Source: Gammaproteobacteria bacterium (GTDB lineage Bacteria; Pseudomonadota; Gammaproteobacteria; CBDBNL01; JAAOII01). From it: DNA of 64,000 bases. The translations under genes were made by a program, and so were the position numbers. The stretch is from the NCBI GenBank assembly GCA_965209035.1, contig OZ242372.1, positions 1,280,001 through 1,344,000 on the forward strand, in the 5' to 3' direction. This document shows positions 47,735-58,129 of this stretch, one piece after another. Below the pieces are notes generated by a model that ran no database searches, was not told the DNA's origin, and worked only from the letters and a program-made list of their open reading frames with translations. Positions within the stretch are counted from its first letter, which is position 1; every line of letters starts with the position of its first letter.

Positions 47735-49213
47735 ATGCGAGTTCTGATTGTCGGTAGCGGGAACGCGGCCCTTTGTGCCGCGTTGGCCGCAGCCGAGCGG
47801 GGGGCGGAAGTTACTGTACTGGAAAGTGCCCCCGAGAAGGAATTTGGCGGCAACAGTCGCTATACGGCCGGTGCCTTGCGTTTTGCTTACGAGAGCCGGG
47901 AAGATGTCTTGGACATACTCAACGCCGGCGGTGTGTCGGACGAACGATTGGAACAAACGGATTTTGGCACCTACCCCGCCCGACAGTTTCTGGAGGAGCT
48001 GACCGCGGCGGCCGAGGGCGAGGGCAACCCGCAACTTCAACGGATTCTCGTTGAACAGAGCCGGCCGACTGTGTTGTGGCTCACCCAAAAGGGAGTTCGG
48101 TTTGAGCCGATTTATACCCGACAGGCCTATCGGGTGGATGGCCGATATGTCTTCTGGGGCGGTTTGACCCTGGCGGCCGAAGGCGAGGGCGAAGGATTGG
48201 TGCAGGCCGAGAGACGCATTGCCCGGCTTTTAAAAGTCCAATTCTGTTACGACACCGAGGTCACGGAATTAATCCGCCGCGATGACAAGGTCGTCGGTGT
48301 TGTTTGTAAACAAAACGGCAACAGAACCGGGTATGCCGCCGACAGAGTGATTCTGGCGTGCGGCGGCTTTGAAGCCAATGCGCGCATGCGCAAAGAATAC
48401 TTGGGCGAAGGCTGGGACCAGGCCAAGGTGCGCGGGACCGAACATAACCTGGGACAGGGCATAGAAATGGCATTGGCCTTGGGTGCCAAAACGGCCGGTA
48501 ACTGGGGTGGCTGTCATGCGGTCTTCATGGATACGGCTTCGCCGGAATACGGCAACCTGTCCATTCCGCACCGGCAGCGCAAGAATTACCGTAAAATCAG
48601 TTATCCGTTTGGCGTCATCTTGAACGCGAACGGAGAGCGATTTGTGGACGAGGGCGCCGATTTTCGCAACTACACATACGCCAAGTACGGAAGGGAAGTA
48701 TTGCGGCAACCGGGTCGGTTTGGTTGGCAGATTTTTGACGCACAGGTGACGGATCTTTTGTACGAAGAATACAAACAAGAGGGCGCGACGCAGGTCAGCG
48801 CGCCGAGTTTGGAAGATCTAGCCGGACTTCTGGACGGCGTCCGTTCCCAAAATGCCCTGGCGACTCTGCGGGCATACAATACCGCCGTTGCGGCTACCCC
48901 CGCGTTCAACCCGACCGTGAAGGATGGCAAGTGCACGCACGGGCTGGTGCCGCCAAAATCCAACTGGGCGCTCAAACTGGAGAAACCGCCTTTTACCGCC
49001 TATCGGATGACTTGCGGAATCACCTTCACATACGGCGGCTTGGCGATAGACAATCAATGTCGGGTTCTTGACACGGCCGGCAAGCCTATTGCCGGCCTCT
49101 TTGCCGCCGGCGAACTTGTGGGCGACATTTTTTATCATAACTATCCGGGCGGCAGCGGGCTGACAGCCGGTGCCGTGTTCGGTCGCCTTGCGGGTGAGGC
49201 CGCCGTTCAGTAA
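47735..49213 (+). CDS. tcuA: FAD-dependent tricarballylate dehydrogenase-like flavoprotein
   Basis: VGSGNAALCAA, GGNSRYT, ACGGFEAN, RFVDEGAD, GITFTYGGL, NYPGGSGL. Confidence 0.85.
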   Translation: MRVLIVGSGNAALCAALAAAERGAEVTVLESAPEKEFGGNSRYTAGALRFAYESREDVLDILNAGGVSDERLEQTDFGTYPARQFLEELTAAAEGEGNPQLQRILVEQSRPTVLWLTQKGVRFEPIYTRQAYRVDGRYVFWGGLTLAAEGEGEGLVQAERRIARLLKVQFCYDTEVTELIRRDDKVVGVVCKQNGNRTGYAADRVILACGGFEANARMRKEYLGEGWDQAKVRGTEHNLGQGIEMALALGAKTAGNWGGCHAVFMDTASPEYGNLSIPHRQRKNYRKISYPFGVILNANGERFVDEGADFRNYTYAKYGREVLRQPGRFGWQIFDAQVTDLLYEEYKQEGATQVSAPSLEDLAGLLDGVRSQNALATLRAYNTAVAATPAFNPTVKDGKCTHGLVPPKSNWALKLEKPPFTAYRMTCGITFTYGGLAIDNQCRVLDTAGKPIAGLFAAGELVGDIFYHNYPGGSGLTAGAVFGRLAGEAAVQ

Positions 49214-49348
49214 CAGGGATTATAATAATTCCGAAATATCTTTTTGGGCGGATGTGTTCTCGGATGAGGCCGCCGTTCAGTAACAGGGATTATAATAATA
49301 GCGGATACTTATTTTTATTATTATTATTATTAAAAGAGAACAACAGAC

Positions 49349-50365
49349 ATGACAACAACAATGAAGAAAAACAAACTTGGAAACAGCGGTCTGCTGCTCG
49401 GCGACTTGACGCTCGGCACCATGACCTTTGGCGATACAACCTCGGCGAAGGATGCCGCCAAAATGATCGACCTATTTGCCGCAGCGGGCGGTAATCACCT
49501 GGACACGGCAAATGTGTATGCCGGTGGCGAGTCGGAAAGCATCATCGGCGACATTCTCCAAAAGAGGCGGGATGATTTTATCATCGCAAGTAAGGTGCGT
49601 TTCCCGCGCGGCGACGGCAGCAACGCAGCGGGTCTTTCGCGCCGCCATATCCTGCGGGCGGTGGAAGCCGGACTTGAGCGTTTGCGAACCGACTATCTGG
49701 ATATTCTTTATCTGCACGGTTGGGACCCGCTGACCCCGCCGGAAGAGACCCTGCGGGCGACGGACGATTTGATTACCGCCGGCAAGGTGCGTTACCTGGG
49801 CGTATCCAATTTTAAGGTTTGGCAGTTGATGAAATCCCTTTGGCACAGCGACCAACGCGGCTGGCACAGGTTTGTGGCGGCCCAATATCAATACAGTCTG
49901 GTGATGCGCGATATTGAAGACGAGTATGCGGAAATGTGCCCGAAGGAAGGACTGGGTATCATGCCCTGGGGACCCCTCGGCGGCGGTTTTTTGTCCGGCA
50001 AGTATTCCCCCGACAAGCCGCCCGTCAGCGGACGGCTCAGTGTTGCCGGCGACGAAACCGAAGAGCATTGGGATCGCCGGAATACAAAACATAACTGGGC
50101 TATTTTGCGCGAACTGGACGATCTTGCCAAGCAACATAACGCCACGCATGCAAGTGTTGCCATTGCTTGGTTGCGCGCCAAACCGGCTGTGACCAGTGTC
50201 ATTTTGGGGGCGCGCACGGAGGAGCAACTGCGGGATAACCTGACGGCGGCAAAACTGGATCTGACGGCGGCGGAGGTTGCCCGGCTGGACGATGTCAGTG
50301 CGGTGCCGCCGAGATATCCCTATCGCTTCTACGAGCATTACTGCAACCGTACCGTTAATCCGTAA
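49349..50365 (+). CDS. Aldo/keto reductase
   Basis: LGTMTFG, DTANVY, LRTDYLD, GKVRYLGVSN, PLGGGFLSGKY. Confidence 0.92.
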   Translation: MTTTMKKNKLGNSGLLLGDLTLGTMTFGDTTSAKDAAKMIDLFAAAGGNHLDTANVYAGGESESIIGDILQKRRDDFIIASKVRFPRGDGSNAAGLSRRHILRAVEAGLERLRTDYLDILYLHGWDPLTPPEETLRATDDLITAGKVRYLGVSNFKVWQLMKSLWHSDQRGWHRFVAAQYQYSLVMRDIEDEYAEMCPKEGLGIMPWGPLGGGFLSGKYSPDKPPVSGRLSVAGDETEEHWDRRNTKHNWAILRELDDLAKQHNATHASVAIAWLRAKPAVTSVILGARTEEQLRDNLTAAKLDLTAAEVARLDDVSAVPPRYPYRFYEHYCNRTVNP

Positions 50366-50433
50366 ACGCAATAGGTTGTTTTTTGACCGGTTTGGCTGTT
50401 GCCGGCTTCCGCTTAAAATAAGTTTTTAATCTT

Positions 50434-52008
50434 ATGAAAGATCTGCAAGAATATAATCGTTTGATACAGGTTTCGCGCGTGTATGAGTGTGCGCGGGAAA
50501 CACCTCTGGGGCACGCGGCCGCCCTCTCGGCGCGCCTGAAAAAAAATGTGTATCTCAAACGCGAAGACACGCATCCCGTTTTTTCTTTTAAGCTGCGCGG
50601 TGCCTATAACCTGATCGCTTCTTTGCCGCCGTCAAGATTGAAGGCGGGTATCCTGGCGGTTTCCGCGGGCAATCACGCCCAGGGCGTGGCATTATCCGCG
50701 CAAAAACTCGGGTTGAAGGCGGTCATTGTGATGCCGCGCACCACGCCGGATACCAAGGTTAGGTCGGTGCGCTCCTACCGCGGTGTTTCGCTGATACTGC
50801 ACGGCGACACTTTTGACGAGGCGCGTGTCTATTCGTGCCGACTGATCAAAGAAAAGGGTTATGTGTACATCCCGCCGTTTGACGACAAACTGGTGATAGC
50901 GGGGCAGGGAACGATCGGGGCGGAGATTCTGCGGCAGCGGCGGCGGGACCTGGATGCGATTTTTGTGCCTGTCGGCGGCGGCGGCCTCATCGCCGGCATA
51001 GGAGCATATATAAAGTATGTGCGTCCCGAGGTCAAAGTGATCGGCGTGGAGCCGGAAGATGCCGCCTGCATGACCGAGGCTCTGAGGCGCAAGAAGCGGA
51101 TCACCTTGCCGCATGTGGGTATTTTTGCGGACGGAGTGGCGGTCAATCGCGTCGGCGCGGAGCCATACAGGCTGGCGCGCAAGTGTGTGGATGATATGAT
51201 TACGGTGACTACGGACGAAATCTGTGCGGGAATCAAAGATGTATTTGAGGATACGCGTGTCCTTGCCGAGCCGGCCGGGGCGCTTGCCGTCGCCGGCATG
51301 CGAAAATTCTGCGAGGAGCATCCGGCGGCGGCCGGCGTCCACAATCTGGTCGCAATCCTGTCCGGTGCCAATACAAACTTTGACAGGCTGCGCCATATTG
51401 CCGAGCGGACGGAAATTGGCGAACAGCGCGAGGCGTTGTTCGGTGTTACCATTCCCGAAAAACGCGGAAGTTTTCGCGCCTTCTGCCGTCTCTTGCGAAA
51501 ATACGAAATCACCGAGTTTAACTATCGTTATGCGGACCCGCACCGGGCAAACATTTTTGTTGGTGTGCGTATTGCCTCCAAAGAAGACATAGTCCGTATC
51601 GCCGACACCTTAAATAAGAATCATTTCCCGAATGTTGATATGACCGACAACGAGGTGGCAAAGTTACACATCCGCTATATGGTCGGCGGGGTGCCGCCGT
51701 TTCCGCGAGAAGAAGAAGTCCTGTTTCGTTTTGAATTCCCGGAACGCCCCGGGGCACTGCTAAGATTCTTGGACACACTCAGCCCCAAATGGAATGTATC
51801 GTTGTTTCATTATCGCAACCACGGGGCGGCTTACGGGCGTATCCTCGCCGGCATACAGGTTCCGCGGGCCGAACGGGGGGCCTTAATGCGTTATCTGCAA
51901 GAAATCAACTATACTTTTTACCCCGAAACGGACAATGATGCCTATCATCTGTTTTTGAGCCGCTCAGCCCTAAAACCTTTCTCGAAATCTTCCCCAAAAT
52001 CCTCTTAG
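50434..52008 (+). CDS. ilvA: Threonine ammonia-lyase, biosynthetic
   Basis: SFKLRGAYN, SAGNHAQG, VGGGGL, regulatory FPERPGAL and FHYRNHG. Confidence 0.95.
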   Translation: MKDLQEYNRLIQVSRVYECARETPLGHAAALSARLKKNVYLKREDTHPVFSFKLRGAYNLIASLPPSRLKAGILAVSAGNHAQGVALSAQKLGLKAVIVMPRTTPDTKVRSVRSYRGVSLILHGDTFDEARVYSCRLIKEKGYVYIPPFDDKLVIAGQGTIGAEILRQRRRDLDAIFVPVGGGGLIAGIGAYIKYVRPEVKVIGVEPEDAACMTEALRRKKRITLPHVGIFADGVAVNRVGAEPYRLARKCVDDMITVTTDEICAGIKDVFEDTRVLAEPAGALAVAGMRKFCEEHPAAAGVHNLVAILSGANTNFDRLRHIAERTEIGEQREALFGVTIPEKRGSFRAFCRLLRKYEITEFNYRYADPHRANIFVGVRIASKEDIVRIADTLNKNHFPNVDMTDNEVAKLHIRYMVGGVPPFPREEEVLFRFEFPERPGALLRFLDTLSPKWNVSLFHYRNHGAAYGRILAGIQVPRAERGALMRYLQEINYTFYPETDNDAYHLFLSRSALKPFSKSSPKSS

Positions 52009-52610
52009 CCCCGAACCCGGCAGTCCGCCCAACCGCATTCCGTTACAACAAAGTCAAGTCGGATGTCGCGCGGCTCGGTCGGTACCCGAAGGACACCCTG
52101 ACAGGCATACCCCACCCCAATCAAAGTCGGCAGTCGGCGACACCTGCCGAGATGTCTGTCATAGAATCCGCCGCCCATCCCCAGGCGGCCGCCGTGCCGA
52201 TCAAAGGCAAGGAGAGGGAGGAACAGAATATTAAGATGGTCCGCGGCCGTTTGGCGGGCGGACGCAGTGACCGGCTCGGCGATGCCATAGCGGTTCGGAA
52301 GCAGAGGCGTTTTGGCGTTGATCGGCAGAAAGCACATCTCCGAGCGTAACCACAGCGGCGGCAATAGTTTCGGACAATAGAATTCTTTGTTGAACGCCGC
52401 CCCCGGTCGCAGCAAGGCGGACAGATCCGCTTCGTTATCCTTGGCAAGATACACCCCCGCTCTGCGGGCGAACTTAAACAGAGAATGGCAGACGATGTGC
52501 CGGCAAATCCGGGCGGATGCCGCCGCCGCCCAATGCCGCTCAAGGTCCCGGCGGCGCGCCGACATCTTCCGGCGCAATTGTTTCTTTGAAGTTGTTTTTT
52601 CCGCAGACAT
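52005..52610 (-). CDS. ygfA: 5-formyltetrahydrofolate cyclo-ligase
   Basis: NRYGIAEP, PLLAFD..GGRLGMGGGFYDR; start set to ATG 52610. Confidence 0.9.
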   Translation of the reverse strand: MSAEKTTSKKQLRRKMSARRRDLERHWAAAASARICRHIVCHSLFKFARRAGVYLAKDNEADLSALLRPGAAFNKEFYCPKLLPPLWLRSEMCFLPINAKTPLLPNRYGIAEPVTASARQTAADHLNILFLPLLAFDRHGGRLGMGGGFYDRHLGRCRRLPTLIGVGYACQGVLRVPTEPRDIRLDFVVTECGWADCRVRG

Positions 52611-53084
52611 TACAACAAGGCCGCTAACAGCCCGGCCGGGTATCTCATCGGGACGGATAAAGAACAAACAAAGTACAAACAAAGCATATGGGGTTATTTT
52701 AATCCGCTTTGATCTGTTTTCATCCGTTTTAATTCGCCGGGGGCAATTAAGAACCGGGTCCGATACGGCATCATCTCCAACGCATCGGCGGCTTGCCGAA
52801 TTCACTCTGTCGAAATCCTATTCCTCTTTTCATTGATGAGAGGACACCGAATCATTTTTTATGCAGCAAGAACAAGAACAAGAACAATAACAAGAACTGG
52901 CATAAAAAGTGCCAAATCGAGGGCGTTCCTATATTTTGGGATATTTTTAGAGTGTAAAAAGAAGTAAAAAATCATATGTTGTTATCAAAAAATTGTTGTA
53001 AAATAAGGTATTGTTAACAACTTTTGTTGTCGGCATAGTTTTTAAAATTAATAATACATAACCAATAAATAAAGGAGAAATATT

Positions 53085-53360
53085 ATGACAAAACAAGAAA
53101 TAGTGTCCGCGGTCGCCGAGGCGGCTGACATTAATAAGAGTCAAGCCGAAAAGGCATTGGGCTCTGTTTTGAGTAGCATCAGCGAGTCCTTATCGAAAGG
53201 AAACTCCGTTTCCTTCGCAGGATTCGGTGCTTTTAATGTTAAGCGCCGTGCCGCGCGGGCCGGCAGAAACCCGCAAACCGGTGCGGTGATTCAAATCGCC
53301 GCCGCCAACGCTGTTTCGTTCAAACCGAGCAGCGTTCTTAAAAAGATGGTTAATTCGTAA
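53085..53360 (+). CDS. hupB: HU DNA-binding protein
   Basis: GFGAF...RAARAGRNPQTG; AAGGAG RBS. Confidence 0.92.
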   Translation: MTKQEIVSAVAEAADINKSQAEKALGSVLSSISESLSKGNSVSFAGFGAFNVKRRAARAGRNPQTGAVIQIAAANAVSFKPSSVLKKMVNS

Positions 53361-53381
53361 GACCGCCTTTTTATTGTTAGG

Positions 53382-53416
53382 GAGAGGAGGGTGTTTACGG
53401 ATGCTCTCTTTTTCTT
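53382..53416 (+). terminator. Possible intrinsic terminator after hupB
   Basis: Imperfect gagaggagggtgt/atgctctct stem followed by a T run. Confidence 0.4.
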
Positions 53417-53502
53417 AGCAGGGGTCGCGGTCGGACGGGCCAAGGGCATAGGAATTTCCGACACAGAAAAAAATACACATACCATCAATCGGAAAAGAAA
53501 GA

Positions 53503-55404
53503 GTGTTACAAGAGATTAAAAAAAAATCCGGCAGCTGGATCGTCAAGACTCTAATCGGATTCATCGCCTTCACCTTTGTGTTGTGGGGGACCAGTTCTTT
53601 GTGGTCCTTATTACTGGAACCCGAAGAAGTGGCGGCTGTCAACGACGAGCCTATTTATATCGGGCAGTATGAAAACGCATACACCAATGCCAGGCGGACC
53701 GCCGAAGAGAATTTGGGCGCTTTGGAGGTGCTCTCCCGTGACAAGCAAAGAGAATTGCGGCAAGTCGTTCTTGAGGAGCTGATCAATAGCATTTTGGTTC
53801 GGCAAGCGGCAGACGAAGAGGGTCTCGGCTTATCGCCGGCACAATTGGATCAGATTATCGTTAATGACCCGACCTTTCAGATTCAGGGTAAGTTTGAGCA
53901 ACGGGTTTATACGGGTTTCTTACGCAACTCGCGTTTAAACTCGCGCGGTTACAAAGACTATTTGGTGCGCCGGTTTAAGCGCAACACCTATTTGGACGGA
54001 CACAGATCGGCCGCTTTTTATACATCGTCCATGCTGGAAGATTACATTGCCTGGAAGTTCCGGGAATATACCTACCGTTATGCCGAACTGCCGGCACCGG
54101 CCAAAGACAGGAATGACCTGCCCGCGGAAAACGAACTGCGCGTTTACTACGAAGAAAACTCGCGGCAGTACTTTCTGCCGGACAGATACAGGCTCCGTTA
54201 TGTGCATCTTTCCCGGGAAAAAACAGAGCCGCTGGCGGTGGTAGAAGAAAGTGAATTGGATAATCTGTATAACGAACGATACGGCGGTGCCTTGTTGCAG
54301 GCCAATGTGAGTATTTATCATATTTTGTTTAACGACCCGGGGGCAATTGATGATGAACTCATTGATCGGGCGGCGGCTTTGAGCGAGGGAATCCAAACTC
54401 TGCAAGAATTTAACGCAGCGGCGCGCGCAAACTCGGAAGACACGGTGACAGCCGCAAACGGCGGCTATATTGGCAATCTGCCGATCGGCCAGTTGCCGAC
54501 AAGTTTTGTGGGAGCAATCCGCGATCTGCCGCCGGGTGAAAAGAAGACACCCCCTTTTCGTTCCAACTTGGGGGTGCATTTGATGTGGGTGGATAATATG
54601 ACGGACGCGGATGTCCCGGCGTTTGCCGAGGTGCGCGAGGAATTGATCGCAGAGGCTCGCTACGAGCAAACGGAGGAACTTCTTTTGGAGAAGGCGGAAT
54701 TCCTCTCGGACTATATTCAATCCGAAGGCCAATTGCCGCAGGTCACCGCGGACTTTCCTTATCCGACGGAACAAAGCGACACACTGACCGCCGCATCGCC
54801 GCTGGTCATGGAATTCGGGCATGCATTTGCGGAAGAACTTGTCCTAATAGAAAGCGGTCAAACAAGCGATGTTATCTGGTTGGATGACGGCAGTTTTCTT
54901 GCGTTTGAAATGCAAGAGACTGTGCCGGCGGAGTTGCGCGGCTATGAAGAGGTCATGGAACAGGTGGCGGAAGACTATCTGAACCACCGGGCAAGACAAC
55001 GCTTTCTTGGAGAGTTGACGGAAACCATAGCCGGGATTAATAACGGCAGTTTGGATCCCAATGCGGCGGCTGATGTTCTTCCGCTGGTGAGATGGGAGAC
55101 GGCCGACACACTCTCGCGGGCAAAAGAGTTTAGAACCGAAACCGAAGATCGGATTCTTGCTTCGGTGTCCTCGCACCGAGTGCCGTTTGCAAACTACACG
55201 CAAACCGAAGACGGCGGTTATCTCTTGTTTGTTGTGGACGACATTGCCGTCAAATCATCGGAAAGTCTTGAAGACGAACTGCGGTTGCAAACGCACGAGG
55301 AATATCGCGCCGCCTTGTCTTTGACGACGGAAGAATGGCTGCTGGAAACATTAAACAACAAAGCCGAAATTAAAATCAATGCCGTTTCCGATATCGGCAG
55401 GTGA
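53503..55404 (+). CDS. ppiD: PpiD-like periplasmic chaperone (SurA N-domain + parvulin)
   Basis: N-terminal TM, YHILF...ANSED.VTAANGGYIG; synteny after hupB. Confidence 0.8.
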   Translation: MLQEIKKKSGSWIVKTLIGFIAFTFVLWGTSSLWSLLLEPEEVAAVNDEPIYIGQYENAYTNARRTAEENLGALEVLSRDKQRELRQVVLEELINSILVRQAADEEGLGLSPAQLDQIIVNDPTFQIQGKFEQRVYTGFLRNSRLNSRGYKDYLVRRFKRNTYLDGHRSAAFYTSSMLEDYIAWKFREYTYRYAELPAPAKDRNDLPAENELRVYYEENSRQYFLPDRYRLRYVHLSREKTEPLAVVEESELDNLYNERYGGALLQANVSIYHILFNDPGAIDDELIDRAAALSEGIQTLQEFNAAARANSEDTVTAANGGYIGNLPIGQLPTSFVGAIRDLPPGEKKTPPFRSNLGVHLMWVDNMTDADVPAFAEVREELIAEARYEQTEELLLEKAEFLSDYIQSEGQLPQVTADFPYPTEQSDTLTAASPLVMEFGHAFAEELVLIESGQTSDVIWLDDGSFLAFEMQETVPAELRGYEEVMEQVAEDYLNHRARQRFLGELTETIAGINNGSLDPNAAADVLPLVRWETADTLSRAKEFRTETEDRILASVSSHRVPFANYTQTEDGGYLLFVVDDIAVKSSESLEDELRLQTHEEYRAALSLTTEEWLLETLNNKAEIKINAVSDIGR

Positions 55405-56242
55405 TCCCGCGGTCGCTTTTCTGGGTTGCGGCAATTTGGCAAGAGCCCTTCTTGGCGGTCTGGTTGCGGTCGGCTGTTCCCGGGACAAGTTTTACTTAAC
55501 CGCCGGCAGCTTTCCTTCGGCGAAGAAAACGGCGCGACTTTACGGGGCGCATGCCGTTGCGGATAATCCGACCGCGGTGCGGCTGGCGGATGTGATTCTT
55601 TTGGGTGTTAAACCCAATCTGGTGCCGCAGGTTTTGGCGGAAATTGCCCCTCATACGGATAAAAAACGGCATCTCACGGTGAGTCTGGCGGCCGGTTTGC
55701 GCTTGAAGAATCTGCAAACCTTGCAGCCCGGCGCGGTTGTGCGTGCCATGCCCAACTTGGCGAGCCGAGTGGGCGGCGGTGTTACCGCGATACTGGCTTC
55801 GCCGGATACGGACAAGGACCGGCTGTCTTTTGTCAAAACCTTTTTTTCCGCTTTCGGCAAAGTGGTTTGTATGAAAGATGACAAAGAAATGGATGTGTAC
55901 ACCGCGCTTTGCGGCAGCGGTCCCGCCTACTTCTGTTATTTTTTGCAAGCTCTCATTAGTAGCGCGAAATCTTTGGGGGTTAAAGAGGCGGCTGCGCGCG
56001 CCGCCTTGTTACGGACGGGACACGGCACTTTGGATTTGATGCGTGCGACCGGACGGACCCCCGCGGAACTCATTAACAAAATTGCAGTGCCGGGCGGGAC
56101 CACGCGCGCCGCTTTGGATACTCTGGAGTCTTTCGGCATGGAAGAAAAGCTGCATTCCGCTGTTTCCGCCGCCGTTCGGCGTTCGGCGGCCCTGGGCGAT
56201 ACGCACGATGCGCACGCAACGGAACCCCTGGAATCACCGTGA
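55379..56242 (+). CDS. proC: Pyrroline-5-carboxylate reductase
   Basis: FLGCGNLA, VRAMPN, GSGPAYF, PGGTT. Confidence 0.92.
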   Translation: MPFPISAGDPAVAFLGCGNLARALLGGLVAVGCSRDKFYLTAGSFPSAKKTARLYGAHAVADNPTAVRLADVILLGVKPNLVPQVLAEIAPHTDKKRHLTVSLAAGLRLKNLQTLQPGAVVRAMPNLASRVGGGVTAILASPDTDKDRLSFVKTFFSAFGKVVCMKDDKEMDVYTALCGSGPAYFCYFLQALISSAKSLGVKEAAARAALLRTGHGTLDLMRATGRTPAELINKIAVPGGTTRAALDTLESFGMEEKLHSAVSAAVRRSAALGDTHDAHATEPLESP

Positions 56243-56814
56243 CCCTGTTGGCTTTTTTGGCGGTGTTGCCGCCGAGTATTTTGGCATTTCTAAGTCTTCT
56301 GCGTTTTGTGTGTCAACTTCACAAAGTAGACTTTTACAACGGCATTGTCCGATTTTTGCGGACATTCACCGATTTTTATTGCCGACCGCTGCGGGCAATC
56401 TTGCCAAGTTTGGGGCGCATAGACCCGGCAAGTCTGCTCGCGGCATACCTGTTGGAATTGGCCGCTTTTTTCTTGTTGTTTGGTATTCAAGCGGCCGGCG
56501 TTCTGCCGATATTTCAACTGATGATGTGGGCGGCACTTGCCTTGCTGGGCATGGTATTACGAGTTTACTTTATCGCGCTTCTGTTGACGGTCATATTCAG
56601 TTGGGTGCGTCCCCAAGGCTCCGGCGCGATTGCCGGTTTAAGCAATCAGTTGATCGCGCCGCTTCTCGCCCCCATTCATAAAATCTTGCCCCCTATGGGC
56701 GGCCTGGACTTTTCCCCCATCCTGTTGTTCTTTTTAATTTACTTTCTGCGTGCTGTTTGGCGGAATACGGCTATTCTAACCGGTATGCCGATGTTCTTGC
56801 TATTTGGCGCATAG
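56239..56814 (+). CDS. yggT: YggT family membrane protein
   Basis: DFYN.IVRF, SWVRP, PPMGGLDFSP; proC-yggT synteny. Confidence 0.88.
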   Translation: MTLLAFLAVLPPSILAFLSLLRFVCQLHKVDFYNGIVRFLRTFTDFYCRPLRAILPSLGRIDPASLLAAYLLELAAFFLLFGIQAAGVLPIFQLMMWAALALLGMVLRVYFIALLLTVIFSWVRPQGSGAIAGLSNQLIAPLLAPIHKILPPMGGLDFSPILLFFLIYFLRAVWRNTAILTGMPMFLLFGA

Positions 56815-56837
56815 GTATTTTTAGATTTTTCGTTTCT

Positions 56838-58118
56838 TTGCCTGCCCCCCAAAATAACTGGCTGTTGCCGGCCGCCATAGAAGAATTTCATCCGCCGCAT
56901 GCGGAAACCTTCCGGAATATGCAGTCGCGTCTTCTGCAAATTTTCTTCGGTTACGGTTATCAGTTCATACTGCCGCCGACTGTGGAGTATGCCCATTCGC
57001 TGGTGCTAAACTCCAAAGCGGACCCCGAACACGAGCCGGTTGTTTTTTACGGCGCGGATCCGCCGCTGGGTTTGCGCGCCGACTTCACGCCTCAGGCGGC
57101 GCGTATGGATGCCGGTATGGCGGACCAAAGCAAGGATAAGGAGATGATCCCAAACCGACTGTGCTATTGCGGCGAGGTGTTTCGTCGCCACGGCGAGAGT
57201 GAGTATAACCCCCGGCATCTGGGTGCGGAACTGTTTGGCGAAGAGGGGACGAGTGCCGACCATGAAGTGATTTCTCTTTTGGCGAGTTGTATTGCCGATG
57301 TTCACCGGGACGAGTATGTCTTAAGTTTGGGGCACGCCTCCTGGTGCGGCAAGCTTGTCAAGGCGGCCGGCCTGCGAGCCGAAGACGCCGAGCATTACTA
57401 TCAATTATTGGCGTGCAAGTCCATCGATAGAATCACATCCTTTGTGGCGTCGCTTGATCTCGCCGACGCGGTTCGTGACATATTGACACAGCTGCCGCAC
57501 CTTTGCGGTGACGACCGGATTCTTGCCAAGGCGGTGCTTCTGACAGAGCCTCTAAAAAACAGCGAAGTGAATCAAACCTTGGCGGAATTGCAAAAGTTGT
57601 GCCGTCTCATTAAAAAGGACGGCGACGCCAAGATGCGTTTGTTTCTGGACCTGGCGGAGGTGCCGGGGCGCGGTTATTCCTATCACAACGGTCCCGTATT
57701 CGGTGTTTATCTGCCCGATCATTCGGCATGCCTTGCCAAGGGCGGCAGATACGACGCCATAGGCGCGCACTTCGACAGCGGCGGCAGCGGCGGCAGCGGC
57801 CGACCCGCCACCGGGTTCGGTATTAACTTGGGCGCGCTCTTTCGTTATCTTGTGAACCGTAACGCTATTTGTTCGGAGACACCCGCCCCGATTTTTGCAC
57901 CCTATGCCCCGAATGACGCATCCCTAATTACGACTTTGCGCGCTCTGCGTGCCGACAACAAACGCATCGTCCGCGCCCTGAGACCCGGCCAAACCGCCAG
58001 ATCTCTCGGCTGTGCCGCCGAATTGGTGAAAGAGAACGACAGATGGCGGGTTAAAAAACTGCCGCCCAAACAAAAGGCGGGGAATAATAAAGAGAATAAA
58101 GAGAATAAAGAGAATTAA
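56838..58118 (+). CDS. hisZ: ATP phosphoribosyltransferase regulatory subunit
   Basis: WLLPAAIEE, LRADFTPQAARMD, GAELFG, GGRYD, RPATGF; upstream of purA; start uncertain (TTG 56838). Confidence 0.88.
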   Translation: MPAPQNNWLLPAAIEEFHPPHAETFRNMQSRLLQIFFGYGYQFILPPTVEYAHSLVLNSKADPEHEPVVFYGADPPLGLRADFTPQAARMDAGMADQSKDKEMIPNRLCYCGEVFRRHGESEYNPRHLGAELFGEEGTSADHEVISLLASCIADVHRDEYVLSLGHASWCGKLVKAAGLRAEDAEHYYQLLACKSIDRITSFVASLDLADAVRDILTQLPHLCGDDRILAKAVLLTEPLKNSEVNQTLAELQKLCRLIKKDGDAKMRLFLDLAEVPGRGYSYHNGPVFGVYLPDHSACLAKGGRYDAIGAHFDSGGSGGSGRPATGFGINLGALFRYLVNRNAICSETPAPIFAPYAPNDASLITTLRALRADNKRIVRALRPGQTARSLGCAAELVKENDRWRVKKLPPKQKAGNNKENKENKEN

Positions 58119-58129
58119 GGAGTAATAAG

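Noticed and set aside
52611-52860. 6S RNA (expected upstream of ygfA) or tmRNA-like GGATTTCGAC motif
   Set aside because: Only vague similarity; I could not establish the long 6S hairpin or tmRNA ends by eye. An Infernal scan would settle it.
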